Assembly: GCA_973895155.1 (NCBI GenBank)
Contig: OZ316897.1
Span: 5,655,327 to 5,719,326 of the forward strand
Direction: 5' to 3'
DNA: 64,000 nucleotides
From: Marsupella aquatica
Lineage: Eukaryota > Plantae > Marchantiophyta
In this document: positions 60,066 to 64,000 of the stretch, piece by piece
Numbering within the stretch: position 1 is the first letter of the stretch
Layout of the letters: each line of letters begins with the position of its first letter
Position numbers and translations under genes: made by a program
Notes under the pieces: generated by a model
Seen by the model: only the letters and a program-made list of their open reading frames with translations
The model's database searches: none
Told to the model about the DNA's origin: nothing

Positions 60066-60656
60066 TTATCCGTCTCCAAGTGAATTTGGCTCCCTCTGCT
60101 CCTGTGTGATTGTTGCCGCATCTTCTAAGTCAAATCTCATTTTCAAGAATCTCCAGAATTCAGCTTTGCGTCCTTTGATCAGTGGTGAAGGTCCGGAAGA
60201 ATCAGTTCCGCTTTCTGTCATATTGAAGTCTCCACAGATTATCCAGTTGTCATGTGGAAGAATGGTCTTTAGATCATGCCATAGGATAGCTCTTTCTCTA
60301 GGGGAGTTAGGAGCATAAAGGCTGACAAGCCCAAAATTGCCTTCCGAGTGAGAGATTCTGACCCAGACTGCCCGCCCTTTGTCAATAATTCCTGATTGAA
60401 TGATAGTGAAGGAAGAGTGAATCAAGAGAGAAGTGCCACCCCTTCCTTCATCAGAGTCGGCCAAAAAGTATTGGAAACTTGGGAGGATTGTTCGTAGAGC
60501 AATGTCCATGCGGAACCTGTCAACTTTGACTTCTTGTAGTGCTAAGGTTGTCAGCGGAATTTTGAGCAAAGCGATCCAATTCTTAACGATGTGTTTCCTA
60601 TTGGCGTCGCATAAGCCACAAACATTCCAGGAACCGATGTGTATTTTTGTGCTCAT
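60066..60656 (-). pseudogene. L1 ORF2 APE endonuclease N-terminal part
   Basis: SWNVCGL, ALQEVK, GRGG, SLYAPN, CGDFNM. Confidence 0.9.
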
Positions 60657-60792
60657 CTTCAGCTACCTATCTTCCGCAAAAAAAGAAAAATTCAGAAGCT
60701 TTCAAAATGAGGTGCTAGGTACCTCAAAAAGAGGGAGGAGAAGCATGAGGCCCTAAGATACTCAGACCAGTCATATTCCCCTCATATTCCCC

Positions 60793-63069
60793 TCAATTGA
60801 GCAAGGGGCATTTACTGGAGATGAGAGTTCGAGCGCGTGCAAACGTGTGCACCAGGTTGCGGCACACCCTGAGAAGGGAATTGAATTGATCTTCCTTTCT
60901 TTGTGTCAGCCTTCTTGTCTTTTTTCTTCTTCTGATCTGACGGGGGTGTTCGCAGCTCCAGCTTCCTGGCACGCTCTTTCTTGAGTTGGATCTTGGAGAT
61001 GTATTCTTCATATTCTGACATTTCTACATCAGAACCTCCAAGATTTGATATATTCTCATCATCGCTTGCCGCCCGGGTAAATTGGTGATCATTTGTGTGC
61101 ATCTCAAAATCTTGGAAAAGCAGGTTTGAATTAGCAATCAGGGGAAGATCAGTCGACTGCAGCTCCAACACCGGGTGTGGACCTGGCGGCACAACTTCAA
61201 GTGTCTCTTGATTTGGTCTAAGCTCGGGGTCTGCATATTCTGCCGGAGTTGGTTGTTCCTGGAAGAGAATATTGTCTCCAAGCGGTGGGAGGCCGTGGTC
61301 TTCAACAAGCTTAGTGGAATTCAACGGCGCACTGGTGAGGGGAGGAGATGCGATGTCTTCCACATTATGAGTATCAAGGCTGGGGGACTCACTTCTCAAA
61401 GATACCGCTGGTGAGGAAATAGCATGTGTCTGCGGGGTCAAGTGTCTAGCGTCGTTAGCTTCCTGACGCGGATTCAATTCATGCAATCTAGAGTTGTGGT
61501 AGCAGCCTCTGCGGTTGCAGGAGTAGAAAGGACCAGATTAGTCCCAAGTGCAGTGTTTGCAGCCATAGATTGGTGTAACATGTCAACCTCCGGGTGAATT
61601 TGTCCTTGTGGATCTGTAGAGCCTTCTGTGCGCGGGTTTGGAGATTCGAGTGCAACATCAGGACCAGTGGGAATTGGTGCCTCCTCCTCCTTGTTGGTTT
61701 TGATTGATTCTGTATCTTTCTTCTCTTCTTCTTTGAAAGCTCTGCAATTTCTAGCTAGATGACCCTTTTTGTTGCATCGGAAGCAATGATAGGGGATATT
61801 TTTGAACACGATTGGCTGCCAGATAGTGATGTCATCCGTAATCTAAATTCCAACGCTGCGAGGGACTTCCCGACTGGTATCCCAAAGAATGCAGGCACGG
61901 TCGTGTGGGAAAGAGCTGCCAACATCACCTTGAATGTAAAATAGAAGCTTGCCAAAGGATTTCGCGATCATTTTCCAACATCCTTCGAGAACCAGAGCAC
62001 GAAAGGGGAGTTCAATCCACACAGGCAACTTGGTGTAAGAATCGCTTCGCACATCAACAGATGGTTCCCAAGGGAATGTATGAACAAATTTTTGGTCCAT
62101 AAAAAGTGGAGCGAGTTCCAAGGCCGCGTCTCTGTGTTCTGGGTGCTCAAAGGAAATCATGTAGAAATTTTTCCCAACAAATTTGATTTGAGTGACTGGC
62201 CAACTCATATCCCTGATAAAGACCCCTTCTACCCAGTCACAAAAAGCAGGAAGAAGAGGACCGCGGTCAGTGAAGAAACACATCATTGTATAGTTAAAAA
62301 GCTCTTTAACCGAGAGTGCTGCTTCCTCGAATGACCACTGGATGGCGGTGTGGAGTTTGTTAGGCCAATCTTTTGTGGAGTTGTTTGCGATAGTCTTGAG
62401 GATATCATGGCAAGTCTCATGGGAACCTTCAGAGTGATTGTCACCTCTGCGTGCCTCTGCATTTGTTTGCCATTGCATCGGTAGGTGATCATGTTGGGAT
62501 CCCAAATCTTCTCGTTGATCTCTTCCAAACAACTTGTTTGAATGATTGTAATTGCGGATGAGGGGATCGGGATGATTCAAGTCTCCAGCATAGTCAGAGG
62601 TCCTCATGCCACAAGGAGAAGAGGCCAGTGTTCGTCCTGCCTATGCCATTGTTTCTTCTTCCATTTGTTCCGTCCACGATGGGCCGTTGCGCAGGATGTA
62701 ACGTGAATACTTCTTTGACTGTTCCGGTGGTGCTTTTTCAGCTTGAGCTCTAGAGTTGTCAAATAGATCGTAAGGGGCAGCCTTTGGTCCTCCACGTGCA
62801 TCCCGCATAGAGAAGCGATTGGGTTCCTTTTCGAGCCCAGGCCGGGTTAAATCATCTCCATTTCTAACCCAATGTCCAATATCATTCCTCCATGACTCGT
62901 TGTGTGAGTCTCGTTCGGATCCGCGACCGGAGGAGGAATTGTAGAATCTACCTGGTCCGCGACCAGCAAAAGAGCAATTCTGCATACCAGAACCGTAGCA
63001 AGAAGAGTTGTCCATTATGCAATGCTTTGCTGGAAAGAATAGAGCCACCGTAAAGTCAAGTGTGCTCAC
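60793..63069 (-). pseudogene. L1 ORF1 (DUF4283-like region + CCHC knuckle), frameshifted
   Basis: Fragments 62641-63069, 61843-62607, 61474-61809 and 60812-61486. Confidence 0.75.
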
Positions 63070-63354
63070 AGGGATATTACAAATTGGTAGTGTCCAGGTC
63101 GAGTAGATCCTAACAATGCTTCAAGATCAAAACTTAGTCATCGCCAACTCAAACAGCACTTATAAAGATTCAAAATAAAGCTGTGAGCCAGAGCAATTCC
63201 ATCTTCCCATCGATGAACATTGCAAAATTCTTAAGTGTATCGTAATTTGTGACGAACGATGGAAGCCTTGGTTGAAAGTGAAGAGAAAAGGTTTTGTCCG
63301 CTCTCTCCGCTCTTCCTAGCTCTCTCAGTTCCACCTTTGGTTTTTTCAGATACC

Positions 63355-63441
63355 TGGAATTTACTACTATGGTAGATCTTGAAAATTACCAAGACTTACA
63401 AAACCAAGTTATTCTTCATATACTCTAATTTCCTTACGACA
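63355..63441 (-). mobile_element. Right part of LTR-like element H
   Basis: Shares TTTACTACTATGGTA repeat; ends ACGACA before CCGG. Confidence 0.55.
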
Positions 63442-64000
63442 CCGGGTAGAGGTTTGTCCCTGCCCTAACCCGACTAGGCACAACGTGGTGAACCCGAAAC
63501 TCTTTGCACCGGGCACATATTTGAATAGGTTGCTGGGCGACTTCTCCCAACAAATTAGTCGGGAAATGGGGGAGTTCATCGCCCACAAGGTGGCTTACTT
63601 CTTCAACCAAGAGCTGGTGGCGGTAGTAAAGGCAGGGCAGGCTCAAGTGGAAGCCACAACCAAGATTGAGTGATATCACGAGGAGGCAACCCAACTATTA
63701 GATAAAGCCTCAACTCAAGAGACCGAGCTGCAACTTCTTTGGCCTCAACTTACGACCGCTCTGGCTCAGGTCACCGATGCCAAAGCCAAGTTAGCCTTGG
63801 CCATACAAGCCGGAGCTAGAAAGGATGTCGAAATCTCACGGCTCCGGGCCCAGATTGACAGCTTGAAAGGACAAGCCGTAATCTGGCAAAAGAACGTAGA
63901 GGAGGCCAACGCTTGGGCCCAAAAGGATACAGCTGAGGTGGACACCTTGAAAGCAAAAGTGGCACGGTTTCTACAAGAAGCCGCTAAATAGGACCAACTG
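63442..64000 (+). mobile_element. Element C part 4 (ORF continuing out of the window)
   Basis: RVEVCPCPNP..LFAPGTYLNRLLGDFSQQISREMGEF..FFNQELVA matches the D protein. Confidence 0.85.

Larger units (their letters stand above)
54141..63350 (-). mobile_element. Degenerate L1-clade LINE (ORF1 + ORF2), interrupted by RTEX copy 55377-58770
   Basis: ORF1 with LPVWIELP and CFRCNKKGHLARNC; ORF2 WNVCGL, LQE, GDFN, SDH, KAPGPDG, WRPLT, QTGF, LDFEKAFD, FADD, RYLG; many frameshifts. Confidence 0.9.

Noticed and set aside
46886-63362. TGGAATTT as a TSD for the whole Copia+L1 block
   Set aside because: The motif resembles H's own internal repeats and the two ends belong to different elements; cannot be assigned

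Overview
Eukaryotic, TE-saturated DNA with no recognisable host gene, most likely from a non-seed land plant (inferred from Athila/OTA-like Gypsy, Bianca Copia, RTEX and L1 LINEs and a Sola1-like transposase). The window is a deeply nested transposon pile that was later rearranged by a ~17.2-kb inversion (8570-25748). The inversion can be undone from the sequence: both breakpoints share 3-bp CAA/TTG microhomology and restore reading frames. The main finding is a set of giant (about 4-4.7 kb) LTRs from at least four families, each carrying a long (about 900-1,230 codon) sense-strand protein gene inside the LTR. For one Gypsy element the LTR status is shown by PPT, PBS, TG..CA ends and a matching 5-bp TSD. 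Two others are solo LTRs with perfect TSDs that still carry the gene. These LTR proteins appear to share a conserved domain followed by a low-complexity region and, in most families, a coiled coil. Three LTR families also share a covarying stem-loop near the LTR 3' end. A young RTEX-like LINE family with a (CATTAC)n tail has at least 6 insertions, a 5'UTR of 181-bp tandem monomers, an in-frame ORF1-TGA-ORF2 junction and tail-only insertions. All family assignments come from motif recognition by eye, not database searches.
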